Below are positions 12,797 through 26,265 of a stretch of DNA of 64,000 bases, piece after piece. A model generated the notes under the pieces. It saw nothing but the letters and a program-made list of their open reading frames with translations, searched no databases and was not told the origin of the DNA. The translations under genes were made by a program, and so were the position numbers. Each line of letters begins with the position of its first letter. Position 1 is the stretch's first letter. Source of the stretch: Octopus vulgaris (Eukaryota); assembly GCA_951406725.2 (NCBI GenBank), contig OX597825.1:9982001-10046000 (forward strand), written 5' to 3'.

Positions 12797-13863
12797 GCGC
12801 ATACATGCAAACATACATCGCATACATATATATATACATATACATATACACATACAAAAACACACATGCACACACGCCTGCGCATATATGCATTTGAAGC
12901 AAAATAATGTTAATGAATGAAAAGCGAGAAAACAGACAGACCAATGAAATGAGTAGATAGGTGTCTATATCCGAATTCCCCTGGGGCGCACAGATGGCTT
13001 CCCCAATAAACCGGCTTCCACGCTGCCTTTGGCTGTGTTTTTTTTTTCTCTCGATATCTTTCTCTCTTTCTTCCTAAGGCCATAGTAAGATTGTAGTGCA
13101 CAAAAGCAAAATACGGTAAAAACCAAGAATACAGAAAACGAAAAACAGAGTGGCATGCATTGAAACTTCCCATAAGGTGGGGATAACATAGGGAGGTTGG
13201 TTTGGCATCTAAGAAGAGTGATATCATTTTTCTGAAACGAGTTATAATTTTACCGATAAACACGTATTCAGAGAACACATCAAAAGAGAGAACCGGGGGT
13301 CGATTAACTCTGTGTATGTGTGTAGGTAACCGGAAGTTGGATTCCCGCCATTACGCAGTCATATCTCAATTTGATTACTTTTGATGAAATTAAAAGTACA
13401 GGCATCATGGTAACCCAACAGGAGCCTCCTGGTTTGATCGTGAAGTTATTTAAGAAACGAAAGTAAATAGAGTAGAATTGGGTCACAGTTTATTTTACAT
13501 TACCCGCATGCATGATAATATATAGTTATGTAAGTGGGGGTGGGGGATAAATCGCGCGTATGTGCGTATGTGTACGTGTGTATGTGTACGTGTGTATATG
13601 TGCACGCACACCTTTGGGAGTTAGAAAACATATAAGTACTCGGCAGTCCATGCATATATGACCTTATTCATTAATGAGGAGTAAGTGACGGTTTGAAGCT
13701 CAGCTGAGAATAACTGAGAATAAATACATACAAACATACATACGTACACACAGAGAGATAGACAGACAGATAGATAGATACATACATACATACATACATA
13801 CATATACATACATAAATTGATGTAAAATTCTTCATATCATAACTGAACATAAAAGCAAACTAA

Positions 13864-13904
<41 letters not shown>

Positions 13905-13943
13905 TGTACACCTGTCTTTGTCTTGTGTTTTTCTGTAAATTTC

Positions 13944-13970
<27 letters not shown>

Positions 13971-13980
<10 letters not shown>

Positions 13981-14267
13981 TAGAAAAAAACCATCCTTTA
14001 TCAATTCAAAATGAATAATTAAATTACACCATCTAGAAAATTACATATAATAGAAAAGTTAAAATTATAGGTATATAATATGTATATAATGTATATAATA
14101 GGTTTTCTACCTATTATATACATTATATTATTCTTGTAATTTACTTAATCTTTACTTTTTAATTGTTATTTTAATTTTAACTTTTCTATTATATGTAATT
14201 TTCTAGATGGTGTAATTTAATTATTCATTTTGAATTGATAAAAGGTGTTTTTTTCTAATATTTTATA
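13971..14267. repeat. AT-rich fold-back element (~97-bp inverted arms) inside (TA)n
   Basis: 13971-14067 is the near-perfect reverse complement of 14172-14267. Confidence 0.85.
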
Positions 14268-14354
14268 TATATTATATTGTGTGGAATTTGATTTAGTATT
14301 TCTAAATTGAATTCTTTTTCCTTGTAAGTTTGGATTTTATTCCCTCAAATAATA

Positions 14355-14396
<42 letters not shown>

Positions 14397-14398
<2 letters not shown>

Positions 14399-14773
14399 TT
14401 TCTCAGTTCTACTGGTTGTGGGTCTCCCAGAACGTTCATTAATATCGACATTTTCACATTTTTTCATCCATCTTGGAAACGTCTGAACTTCTCGTACACT
14501 TGTGAGCAGCTCATACACTCCTCTCCATACACTTTCTGCAACTCTGAGCCGGTATCGCTATGACAACTTTCTCTGCTATGGTCAATGTGACGATCACACG
14601 CTACACACCTTCCTTTCAAACACTGCTGCAAACAGCAGAAGTGAACTAGAACGTTAAAACTTAGTGCGCATGCACAGAAGATTTCAAGGTAAACGTTTGC
14701 TTAGCGGCTTCACTCTGCGTACTTTAGCTTCGTTACTATGGCAAGAGTCCGGATACTTATTGATCAGACCTCG
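14397..14773 (-). mobile_element. Mariner left end and decayed HTH region (same family as 11355)
   Basis: TIR CGAGGTCTGATCAATAAGTATCCGGAC on minus; translation ELQKVYGEECMSCSQVYEKFRRFQDG. Confidence 0.85.
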
Positions 14774-15882
14774 TGTGTGTGTGTTTGTATACGATGGTCT
14801 TGTTTCAATTTCCGTCTACCAAATCCACTCATAAGATTTTTAGTCGGCTTGGGGCTATAGGAGAAGACGCCGCAAAGTGTGACTGAACCCATTACCACTC
14901 GGCTGGGAACCAAAATCCTTACCTACACACACAATTCAGCACATCATCTCCTCATCACCAAACACCTGTTTGCATGTTTGTGTCAGTTAGTCTCTTTATC
15001 AATATTAACAGAGATGATAAAAATGACTTATTTGTGTAATGTTTTCGTATTTTCGACAGACGATATCTTTTCGGGGTTTATAACAGAAGAGATTTCGTCA
15101 GGAATGGATTACAACAGATCCAAATACGCCAACTTCAGCAACAATCGTAATATAATAATGATTATTTCTTCTTCAGATACAAAACCTGTCAGAAAGGCGG
15201 ATAAGTGATTCAACCGATGCTTGTAGAAGCTTCTTTTTCGTTTCTTTCTAACCTAGTCCAGAGAGATGAAAAGGAAATCATATTCTTTGCAGGATTTGAA
15301 CTCGAAAATCGAATCCTAAAAGGCTTCGGTATTTTATGGTTTCTTGTCACACATAATTCTTGTCATTCATAATTATTATGCTTGATAACTTTCTGTTAAG
15401 ATCAAGTTTCTAGTCTGCTGTGTGATCTTAATCAAATTTCCAGTCTGAAGTGCTACAAGGATGTTACAATTTCTATGGCGTCTTTGTACGATGATGTGTC
15501 GTAGAGGAGGCCACTGGAGATTTCGGCCTTATATTTTCTGTCTGTGCCAAATCAGTTTTTCCAAAAATCATTTTTCTTCAATTTCACACCAAGGGGAAGA
15601 GCTGAACGCAACAGCTATCTGATAGATTTTATAGCATTTATAGTATTTTGAAACTGGTTATCTGGATATTTTGAGAGTTGCATAACAACGTCAAAAAAAC
15701 CCAACAAAGTAACGGTGTTACAACACTATTATTTAAGCTTGTAAGTCAAAACCTTCTCAATCCAGCCTTCTAGGGTTTCCAATGGTAGAAAAAAAAACTC
15801 AAGACACACTTGCTAGATTTCTTTTTTCCTTTCCTTTGTAGATCTAAAACAAAACATGTGTGTTGTAAATTGCCTTCGTTAC

Positions 15883-15936
<54 letters not shown>

Positions 15937-15940
15937 CATG

Positions 15941-15980
<40 letters not shown>

Positions 15981-16122
15981 GGCAAAAGAGACCGATAGAA
16001 TAAGTACTGGGCTTACAAAGAATAAGTCCCGGGGTCGATTTGCTCGACTAAAGGCGGTGCTCCAGCATGGCCGCAGTCAAATGACTGAAACAAGTAAAAG
16101 ATAAAAGATAAAAGAGTGAGCA

Positions 16123-16292
16123 AGCAGAGCATGCCATCAAAGTGACACTGGGGTAAAATATACGAAGCCCAGTATACCCATCATGACTACCCGTCTGATA
16201 AGGGTACACCAGGCACATGCATCACAACCATATGTGCGCGACATGGTGATCTCATATCAAGATAAACAGCACATGACCTTGCAGGTGGAGCC
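16123..16292. repeat. Dispersed repeat (longer copy at 55308-55832)
   Basis: GCATGCCATCAAAGTGACACTGGGGTAAAATATAC...ATGACCTTGCAGGTGG nearly identical in both places. Confidence 0.85.
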
Positions 16293-16300
16293 CCCTTGCA

Positions 16301-16368
<68 letters not shown>

Positions 16369-17132
16369 GGTGGGGAGCTGGCAGAATCGTTAACACGCCG
16401 GGCGAAATGCTTAGCGGTCTTTCGTCCGTCTTTACGTTCTGTCTTCATATTCCACCGTGGTCGACTTCGCCTTTCATCATTTGGGATCAATAAAATAAGT
16501 ACCAGTCAAGCACTGGAGCCGTTGTAGATGAACCTGCACCCCCACATAAAATTGCAGGCCTTGCGCCTATAACAGAAACGATTATCGACACCATAATTAG
16601 CATCACTGTAAGAAGCCTCTAACGCAGCATCGCTGTCACTGCGTTTGTCATTCCATGAATGGGGAATTATTAAAGATTTTGTGCTTCAATGAATAACTTA
16701 ATCTCCAATCTCGTTCAACAAATGAATTCTCGATTTAGGGTCACCATCCACCAAACATGTCGCTAGAGCGACAACATCAACAACACACATTTATTTTAGC
16801 ATGTCTATTAATCTGTGGGATCGATATATACCATCTGTATCAATGGCATTCAATACTGCTATTGTTAAAACAATTCCTATTTAGGAAATTACTAAACATA
16901 CGGTCTTTTCTGCAAATGAGTCGATTTTGGAATGTAAATCTTACCTGAAGATTGCATATTTCGATCCTGTTATCTGTCAAAAGATTAACTAGATTATTCC
17001 TTTAAGAGTTTACCAATCCTATGAATTTTCTATTAAGGTAGAGAATCAATAAGAACTACCAATTTCGTTGTCTAAATATGGCCACTGCTCTGAATTTCTG
17101 TCAGTAAAGTATTTAATATTGTAAGTGATACA

Positions 17133-17527
17133 AGGCGGCGAGCTGGCAGAATCGTTAGCATGGTCAGGCGAAATGTTTAGCGGTATTTACGTTCTGAGTT
17201 CAAATTCCGCCGAGGTCGACTTTGCCTTTCATCCTTTCGGGGTCGATTAAATAAGTACCATTTACGCACTGGGATCGATATAATCGACTTAATCCCTTTG
17301 TCTGTCCTTGTTTATCCCCTCTATGTTTATCCCCTTGTGGGTAGTAAAGAAATAGGTATTTCATCTGTCTTTAGGTTCTCTGTTCAAATTCCGCCGAGGT
17401 CGACTTTGCCGAAAGGATGAAAGGCAAAGTTGACTTCGTCGGAATTTGAACTCAGAACGTAGCGGCAGACAAAATACCGCTAAACATTTCGCCCGGCGCG
17501 CTAACGTTTCTGCCAGCTCGCCGCCTT
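17133..17527. mobile_element. SINE family A composite: plus copy, partial plus copy, inverted copy
   Basis: Head at 17133 (+) and head ending at 17527 (-); strand switch at GACTTTGCC|GAAAGGATG ~17410. Confidence 0.8.
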
Positions 17528-17917
17528 TCTGCTAGTGATATACTATTAAACAGAAATCGCTATCTCTAACTTGTCCTTAACAATCTGTAACTTTGAACCA
17601 ATCAGAGCAATCTATATATATATCTTTGGTTGAAATCAGAGCAATCTATATATATATCTTTGGTAAAAACTGACTGTAACATTCTATCTGTCTTTTTAAA
17701 TGATCACAGTGTAATCCCAGCATAGTGCTTCTCTCAATACACTGTGAAGTCAATATCTTTCTTTTTTTTTTCTTACTTAAAAAAATGATAAAGAAGTAAA
17801 TTCCAAGTTAAATTACAAAATAATATTCTTTTAAAATAGTAACAAACCATTGATTCGTCCACTAATTTGCAATACACATGGACACACGTATACACATATA
17901 TGCACATATACGTACGG

Positions 17918-17955
<38 letters not shown>

Positions 17956-17983
17956 TCGTACATGCACATTTACGTATGTGTAT

Positions 17984-18020
<37 letters not shown>

Positions 18021-18929
18021 GGGTTGTGTGCACATGTATATGTATGTACGAATGTTGGAATCTATATATGTGTGTACATGTATGTACATATAGACGGATG
18101 TATGTAGTTAATTGTGTATATAGTTGTGTGAATGTGTACATATCTAAGTGTACATATGTATATGTGTGTGTATTTGTATGTATATATGTATGTATGTGTG
18201 TATGTGTATGTATGTACGTATGTGTGCATATATGTGTGTATGTATGTATGTGCGTTTACTGGTCAATATAAAGTCTAACATCTCTTTTAATACCCTTCGG
18301 TTCTCTCCAGACAAATGGAATTGAAATTCAGTTGTCTCTGGTTAATTGGAATTGGAATGGAAACATGATCGAAGAGGAAAATACAAAATAAGATAGTGGA
18401 ACGAGATAAAAATAGCCAGAACTTCATTCCGCTCATATCTATTGGCCTTTTATTTCATTATGTCGTAGGACTGAAAGAATTACTCATGGAACCGCTACGT
18501 TGTCAGCGCTTCTATCGGGATTCAAATCTCCTTTAACCCTATTATAGGCCCCGAGGGAAACGTGTTGCATGATTAGGGATTAATGCTTGTCTGTCAATCT
18601 AAAATTGCTCTTTAGCCCGAAGTCAGCCCTGATCTAGCAAATCCAGAATTAAAGGCAGTCTAAATGTGACCATACCGTCTTTCATTTTCTCACTCACAAA
18701 GTATTCATGGCCACAGCGTTTAATGTGTCTTTTTCTTTTTCTTCTTCAAAGAAAATACAGTGTGTGAAAGAAGAAGAGTTAGCTGTTATTTCCACAAGGT
18801 CGAACGACCGAGTAAAGGCTTTTAATATAGTTGTTGTTGATGTTGTTGTTGTTTAGTGGCAGATCAACGAAGGCAATGAAAATAAACTTTATTGTCTCTA
18901 AAATGTCCTTTATTTTTAAAATCTTTTAT

Positions 18930-19325
18930 TTTTTTTACTTGTGTCAGTCATTGAACTGTGGCCATGCTGGGGTACAGCCTTGGAGGGTTGAGCCCCAAAA
19001 AACTCGACCTCAGTACTTATTTTTTAAGCTAGTACATATTTTATCGGTTTTTTTGCCGAACCGCTAAGGTTGCGAGACATAAACAAACCAACACCGGCTG
19101 TAAAGTGATGGTGGTGGTGGTGGTGGTGGTGGTAGAAAACAAGCACAAACACACACATACATATAGGACGGGCTTCCGTACAGTTTTTGACTACCAGAGT
19201 CACTCGCAGTTCATTGGTCGGTCCGGGGCTATGGTAGAAAATATTTGTCCAAGATGTCGTGGGAATGAACCCGAAACCACGTAGTTGCAAATCGAACTCT
19301 TTAACCACACAGCAATGTCTGCACC
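18930..19325 (-). mobile_element. SINE family B (tRNA head, CORE/V-like block, internal microsatellite), diverged
   Basis: Homologous to 57801-58232, 40605-41030, 51288-51755, 61763-62080. Confidence 0.75.
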
Positions 19326-19547
19326 TTATGTATTGCTCTTTATTTTTTATTTTTTATTTTTTTGCATTGGTACATGGCCACAAACTATGTAGGAGGATTA
19401 CATATATACATGGTGGTTGCTCCATGTATATATTTGGACTCAGAAAATCCAAGTTTCGTTTCACTTAGCATTATCGAGTGGTAACTCAAACCGATGCAAG
19501 ATTCCAGGTGTTTCAATAAAACCTATAATAAAGAGAAAATAATAATG

Positions 19548-19610
<63 letters not shown>

Positions 19611-19839
19611 TCACGATTATCTCATCAGTACTGTACCTACGATGATATGCAACTGCTGCTGCTGCTGCTGCTACTACTACTACTACTACTACTACAACTA
19701 CTACTACTACTACTACTACTACTGCATCTGCTGCTGCTGCTGCTGCTGCTAGTAGTAGTAGTAGTAGTAGTGTCACGGTCGTTTCATCAGTACTATAACT
19801 ACGATGACACTACTACTACCACTGCTGCTGCAGCTGCTG

Positions 19840-19890
<51 letters not shown>

Positions 19891-21064
19891 TTACAGTCTA
19901 TATTTGTACCGTTACGACAAGAAACTACACCAACGTCAACAGCAACACAACAAAACAACAAAATAACAACAACAACGCTGAATCTAATATCGACCATATT
20001 GTCAAAAGCGTTCAGTTTAATCCTCTTTTTACTGATAACTTATGCATTTAAACAAGTTTCTGGGTCTTATCTGAGTTGGAATCGTGAAATGGCATTGTTT
20101 TTGTGTCTTCGTGTTGAGCTTACTTCTAATGATAATATCTGATTACTGCAACCACTACCACCACCAGTTGCACCTCCACCAACACCGTGACTCAAACCAC
20201 CACCACAACCGCCGTTGCCGCTGCCGCCGCCATTCCCTCCACCACCACCACAACCGCCGTTGCCGCTGCCGCCGCCATTACCTCCACCACCAAAACCATC
20301 ACCACTAACATAACCATAACTATATGCATCTTTACTCTCTCTTTCACCCCCGCTTTTTACTCATCTCTCTCTATTTTCCCCCCCTGTGTTATTTAATATT
20401 TGATAACCATTTATAAATGGAAATTCAACATCTTTATTGTTAAGCTTGACATCATTCCCCCTGCAAGCTGAAGCCACCAAACATTCTCACGTATCGTTTG
20501 AGATTATTTCACTTGTTTAACTCGCTTATGTTGTTAGGAATGGCATGAAATCATCAGTTCTCTCCACAAATATACGGTCAAGTCATAAAGAAATACAGAC
20601 GAAACATTTTTCACGAACGATTGAGTTCATTTCATTCGATGTACATCACAGAAAGGATAAGCTCTCGTAAAGATGCGTCCATTCAAGCATTTCGAATCCC
20701 ATTTGGGATTGTTTGATTTGATATTTTTCACTTATGCACTTGAAAAAGTTATGAACATAAACATATCTCGGTTTCCTTTCACTACAGTCTGTCAAAGTTC
20801 TTGTCGAAATAAATTGAAATTTATAAATGTAAATTGAAAACTTACGATGATATCGTCATGGGGTATATTCTATCAGAAAGTCTACGATATATCATAGACA
20901 CGATGCTTTCTTAGCACTGAGTGTCTCCTTTTCTGGTAACTCAAACCAATAAGAAGTTTTATTTCTCGATAAGAAAAATCAACACCAGAATTTAAAGCTC
21001 CCAAAAGTCCCCTGACGCTTCATCTTGGAGGAAATGCCACAGGGGAAATAAAGTTAAAGACCTT

Positions 21065-21315
21065 ACTCATGTCTGTAGTTTAGTGGTGATCTGCCCTTAA
21101 GCAGGTCCAGCGCATGTGAATCTTATCCAGCATACTCTGTACGACCTGGGAGAGCCCGTACCCTCCACTGCTGCAATTAAGTAGATTACTGGAGTTTCGT
21201 CTCTGATGGCTAGCTTTAAGATGAATAATGGAGTGGTTTTCCGTTGCCTTCTCCAGGTAGGCGGGATTTGGACTCAGGAAATTCGAGTTTCGTTTCACTT
21301 AGCATTGTCGAGTGC
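21065..21315 (-). mobile_element. RTE-related fragment (partial second copy at 19434-19480)
   Basis: Minus strand GGAGAAGGCAACGGAAAACCACTCCATTATTC resembles the RTE/BovB GGAGAAGGAAATGGCAACCCACTCCAGTATTC motif. Confidence 0.4.
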
Positions 21316-22752
21316 TAGAGTTCTTCATGGCAGACAGTTGCAGCACAGCAAAACTCAAGAGGGATTTTTTTTATTTTGCAGTGATGAGTACGGATCAGTA
21401 GAAAATAATTACAAGCCATCACAATGTATCCCTCTCTTAAATCACAGCATGTCACAGACTAAGTCGTTATTGATATCCTGGCGACCCAAAAGAGACACGG
21501 AACTAACCAAATATACTATATGTAGAAAAATATTGCTTTCAAAATTTTTGTCATGTTTATGTATGAAATAGCTCATATTGTTAGTTTTTGTGGTTATTTT
21601 TTCGAAAATAAATTCTTCTGAATTCATTATTAATTCATAACATCAGAATCAACGGGAAAACTAATTTCGAGTCTCGAGATTTCGTATTACAAGTTTTTTT
21701 TTCCGAATGTATTACTTTCCCAATGCAGAGGTTCTTGTACAAACAATTCTGTGACGATTAAAAACAAGGGTTGATACTGACTATATAAAACAAATGAAGA
21801 TGGAGATACGGCTAGGGGGAGATACAATAACGTTCAGAATGAGATGGAGGGGAAAACAATATGGAAATAAATTGGGAAATCTAAATATGTTTGAATTTGG
21901 AGTAGTTAAGAGGTAACCATAAGGAATTTCAGTCTGATATCCACTGAACTCGAATTTAGCACCGAGCAGTTGAAAATATAAGTTAAAACCATTAGTTACA
22001 TAGAAAAACAAAGCTATCATATCACGCCCATACAAACAACGAACGCTAAATATCTTGGGGTTTAACCCACTATTCGGCCTCGTTGTACGCTAAGCACTTC
22101 TTTAAAATCACATCACTAAGTGCTTTTTAAAAATAATTACATGCATACTTCCCCACCATCCATAGCTGCCATAAAATCCATAAAATATTGAGCCAAAACA
22201 ATATAAAATTAAGTTATGAATATTTAACTGACTTTGCATCGCAGTTAGACTGCATCAGCACTAGAAATCTCTTCCCCATGTGACATCGTTTATCATAAAA
22301 CCGTACCGATTCCCAAGATGACATCAAGCTGCATGTTAGCCTTACAGAATCTACCGTTTGTTGTACTGAAGTTTTCACCAACTACAGCCCCGGGGGGATC
22401 CAATATCTCCACTGGACACAAAACGAAACGGAATGACAGAATGCTGATATTTGAATGTTCAATGTGTTTCTGCCGTGTGCTAGTGAAGTCATAAAGGTTG
22501 TTTGTAATCATTATGTACGAGATACATATCACCAACACTCATTAGTGTATGGTTACAGGAATACTCAAATGTCTGCGTTTCTTTATTCCTTTCCCCGCTT
22601 TCCGTCCTGCTGAACACCTGACTAACAAAAGACCTAAAACGTTCGGGAATATTTCGCTGTATACATTTTGATGTATGATACATGTTCCTGTGTTGGTAAT
22701 TATACCTGTCCTAAACAAAACGGCATTACTTTTTGACTACCCTCGTATTACA

Positions 22753-22813
<61 letters not shown>

Positions 22814-22851
22814 TTAAATCCTTAAAAATGTTTTAGCCCGAAGGCTAAATA

Positions 22852-22884
<33 letters not shown>

Positions 22885-22887
<3 letters not shown>

Positions 22888-23230
22888 ATAACAAAATAAT
22901 AAATAAAACATATGCATATATACATGCATTTATGTACGTACCTACATCTATATGTATATATACATGCATATATGGGTACACGGAGTAGACGAAACGGAGG
23001 CGGCAGAAGAAGGGGAATATTCCTTGTGTTGTATGTCTTGGACCCTGTTTTTTCGTTGTTTAAAAAATGTCCGTTTCCACGGTTCTGTTTTTATGTTTTC
23101 GTTTCTCATGGTGTTCGACGTTTTTTTCGTGTCCTGTACCTATATATGCACGTATATACACATGTAGATGTAGGTACGTACATATATGTATGAATATATG
23201 CATATGTTTTATTTATTATTTTGTTATTAT
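22885..23230. repeat. Fold-back element (~96-bp inverted arms, 154-bp spacer) inside (TA)n
   Basis: 22885-22980 vs 23135-23230 reverse-complementary. Confidence 0.8.
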
Positions 23231-23278
23231 ATGATGGAACGCCACGCATCCACTTCCAAGTAAGTTTTATCTATAAAC

Positions 23279-23692
<414 letters not shown>

Positions 23693-23889
23693 TATGCATA
23701 TAGATGTATCTATATGTATGTACATATTCGTATGTGTACGTATCAGTATACGTATGTATGTGCGCGTGCCTGTGTATGTGCGTGTGTGTGTATATGTACG
23801 CGTGCCTCTTCGTGTGTGCGTGCGCGGCTGTGTACTTTAATAGTCTCTTGGTCTAATTGCATTTCTTCTATTTCCTTGATTTTCAACAG

Positions 23890-24033
23890 ACTATGGTGCC
23901 ATTACCAGTTAACATTTGAAATACTCGAAAAACCGCCAATATAAATAATTACGTAAAGCATTAAAAACAAACATTTTACAAAAGGGACAAATATGCGAAA
24001 TTAAACGATAATGTCTACCATTGTCCAATACAG
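23890..24033 (+). other. Candidate exon (mostly UTR-like, possible ATG at 24011)
   Basis: Acceptor ttccttgattttcaacAG and consensus donor CAG|GTAAGT in apparently unique sequence; no recognised homology. Confidence 0.25.
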
Positions 24034-24320
24034 GTAAGTACGAATTTTTTTTATTTCTGAGCAAGAAACATAACATCCGTGAGTTCAGTTCTCGTAGCTG
24101 CGTGTAGTACGGTTCAGACCTATAAGAAACCTTTCCAAACTTCTCCAGTTCAAGTCGACCCGGAGAAGAAAACGATGAATGAAATCTATTTCAGTGTCTC
24201 TACCTATTATTTGAAAAATATGACCATAATTCACCTACATTTGTTTACCATTTAAAGTATATTATCGAAAGTTGTCTCTTTTCTTTTTTCTTTTTCATAT
24301 TTATAGCTAATCCGAAGTTA

Positions 24321-25018
24321 TGTGTGTGTGTGTGTTGTTGTTGTTGTTTAAGCAACAAGACGGGTAAGGGTCTAGGGCTTAGGGGCTGGAGACTCCAGAC
24401 CTTGGAAAAAAAACTTTGGTCATCTTGTTGTAGTCGAGGGCTCTTCGTTGACGCCTGATACCACTGGGAGGTGGCCCTCCAAGTCGCTGGAAATGGAGAT
24501 CTCCAGGTCCAAATTCTTGAACGGTTGTGTGTGTGTGTGTTGTTAAGCAACAAGATGGGTAAGGGTGATTAGGAGATGGTCTAGGACTTAGGGGCGGGAG
24601 ACCCCAGACCTTGGAAAAAAAGAAACTTTGGTCATCTTGTTGTAGTCGAGGGATCTTCGTTGACGCCCGACACCACTGGGAGGTGGCCCTCGAAGTCGCT
24701 GGAAATGGAGATCTCCAGGTCCAAATTCTTGAATGGCTGTGTGTGTATGTGTGTGTGTGTGTGTGTGTGTGTTGTTGTTGTTGTTGTTGTTTAAGCAACA
24801 AGACGGGTAAGGGTGATTAGGTGATGGTCTAGGGCTTAGGGGCGGGAGACCCCAGACCTTGGTAGAAAAAAAACTTTGGTCGTCTTGTTGTAGTCGAGGG
24901 CTCTTCGTTGACGCCCGATACCACTGGGAGGTGGCCCTCGAAGTCGCTGGAAATGGGGATCTCCAGGTCCAAATTCTTGAACGGCTGTGCATGCGTGTGT
25001 GTGTGTGTGTGTGTGTGT
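24321..25018. repeat. Three tandem copies of a ~180-195-bp GC-richer unit separated by (GT)n(GTT)n spacers
   Basis: Units start TTAAGCAACAAGA at ~24348, 24543, 24791 and end TCCAAATTCTTGAA.GG. Confidence 0.92.
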
Positions 25019-25851
25019 TTTCTCTTCTGTTTTTTATTATTTAAATTCCTCCTTTGTAGAAGGAGTTGGTTTCTAAGAAAGATACAAAGCTCCATCGTAA
25101 GAATGTAGATAACGGAAGCAATGTCTCTCTGCCTGTATGTGCGTACGTATGTATGTATGTGCGTATGTATGTATGTATGTATGTATGTATGTATGTATGT
25201 ATGTATGTATGTATGTATGTATGCGCGTACGTACGTACGTGTGTATCTATGTATGCATGTATTTATGTACATTTATATACACGTGAGTCTATTGAAGTGA
25301 ATGTTCTAATACTTTCGTCGTTGTTTACAGGAAATTTAAGAACAACGAATATGAATCAGCAATTATTTTTCCTTCACACTGTAATGGCGAGGATGGCTCT
25401 GGAAATCAATTTCAGAAAAGTCTCTTGTGTTAATTTGTTACTTAATAAGTGACTTCTTGTTTGAAAGTCTCCTGATACGGCTGTCTGTGCAAGAAAACAA
25501 ATATATTATCCACAAACATTTGTTGCTGGTTGTTAGATTTTTTTTTTTTTCATTTTTAAAGATTAGTGAGTTTCTTGAAATCTATACTGTCATCATAACA
25601 CGTTAAGCAAGGTTGTTCTGGAGTTCACATTCATTATTCTGACATCTTCACGAAAGGATAGTGAAATTACGAATTTCTATAAACTTATTTGTTCATGGTG
25701 AAGATATGTGGCCTATTGCACTCGCGGTCGACAACTTGTGGTTTCGATTCATGGAGTAAATGGACTGTTGTGTCCTTGAGCAAACCACTTCATTTCGCGT
25801 TGCTCCGTTCTATCTAGTAGTAAATGAATGACCATGTTATGGACCAATGTC

Positions 25852-26265
25852 GGATCTTTTCCGTTTCAACGGCAGTTTTTTCTAGCGGTGTCATATGAAA
25901 TTGTCACCCATAATTATGGCTCTAGAATCGATCTATTGCATTTCAATCTGATTTAGGGTTAGGGGTGGGGGGAATGGTATCTTTTTTTTTCTTCACAAAT
26001 GTAAATAAACCCAATCTGTTTCTTAAACGAGGGACATATTCATACGGCACAGAATGTTTTTTTACCTCAATAGACGTCAGTGATTGGTTGAAATTACCAA
26101 AATTGAAGAAAATATCTTACAAATATCTTACAAACTATAGAATTTTCTCAATAAAGCCAAGAGAAAAAGATGTTTTATAAACACATTCTACCAGTATACG
26201 AAGTTTAAAAGTGTTTAGTTACCTAGAAATTATGTTAAAAACTGCCGTTCAAACCGAAAAGATCC
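25852..26265. mobile_element. Non-autonomous TIR element (Mutator-like), same family as 42372-42994 and the fragment at 28199
   Basis: TIRs GGATCTTTTCCGTTTCAACGGCAG / CTGCCGTTCAAACCGAAAAGATCC; duplicated flank CAATGTC. Confidence 0.8.

Noticed and set aside
13205-13250. Hairpin followed by GAAACGAGTTA
   Set aside because: 5' core reads CTAAGAA and stem I is absent; too degenerate to call
15060-15208. Possible terminal exon after ttttcgacAG (RYLFGVYNRRDFVRNGLQQIQ or DDIFSGFITEE frames)
   Set aside because: No recognisable homology and no partner exons
21285-21315. GCTAA-GTGAAACG on minus as the 3' end of an RTE HDV-like ribozyme
   Set aside because: P1/P3 half missing in both copies (also ~19455-19480)
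24321-25018. CRISPR-like repeat-spacer array
   Set aside because: Repeats are ~190 bp, spacers are microsatellites, the context is eukaryotic and there are no cas genes
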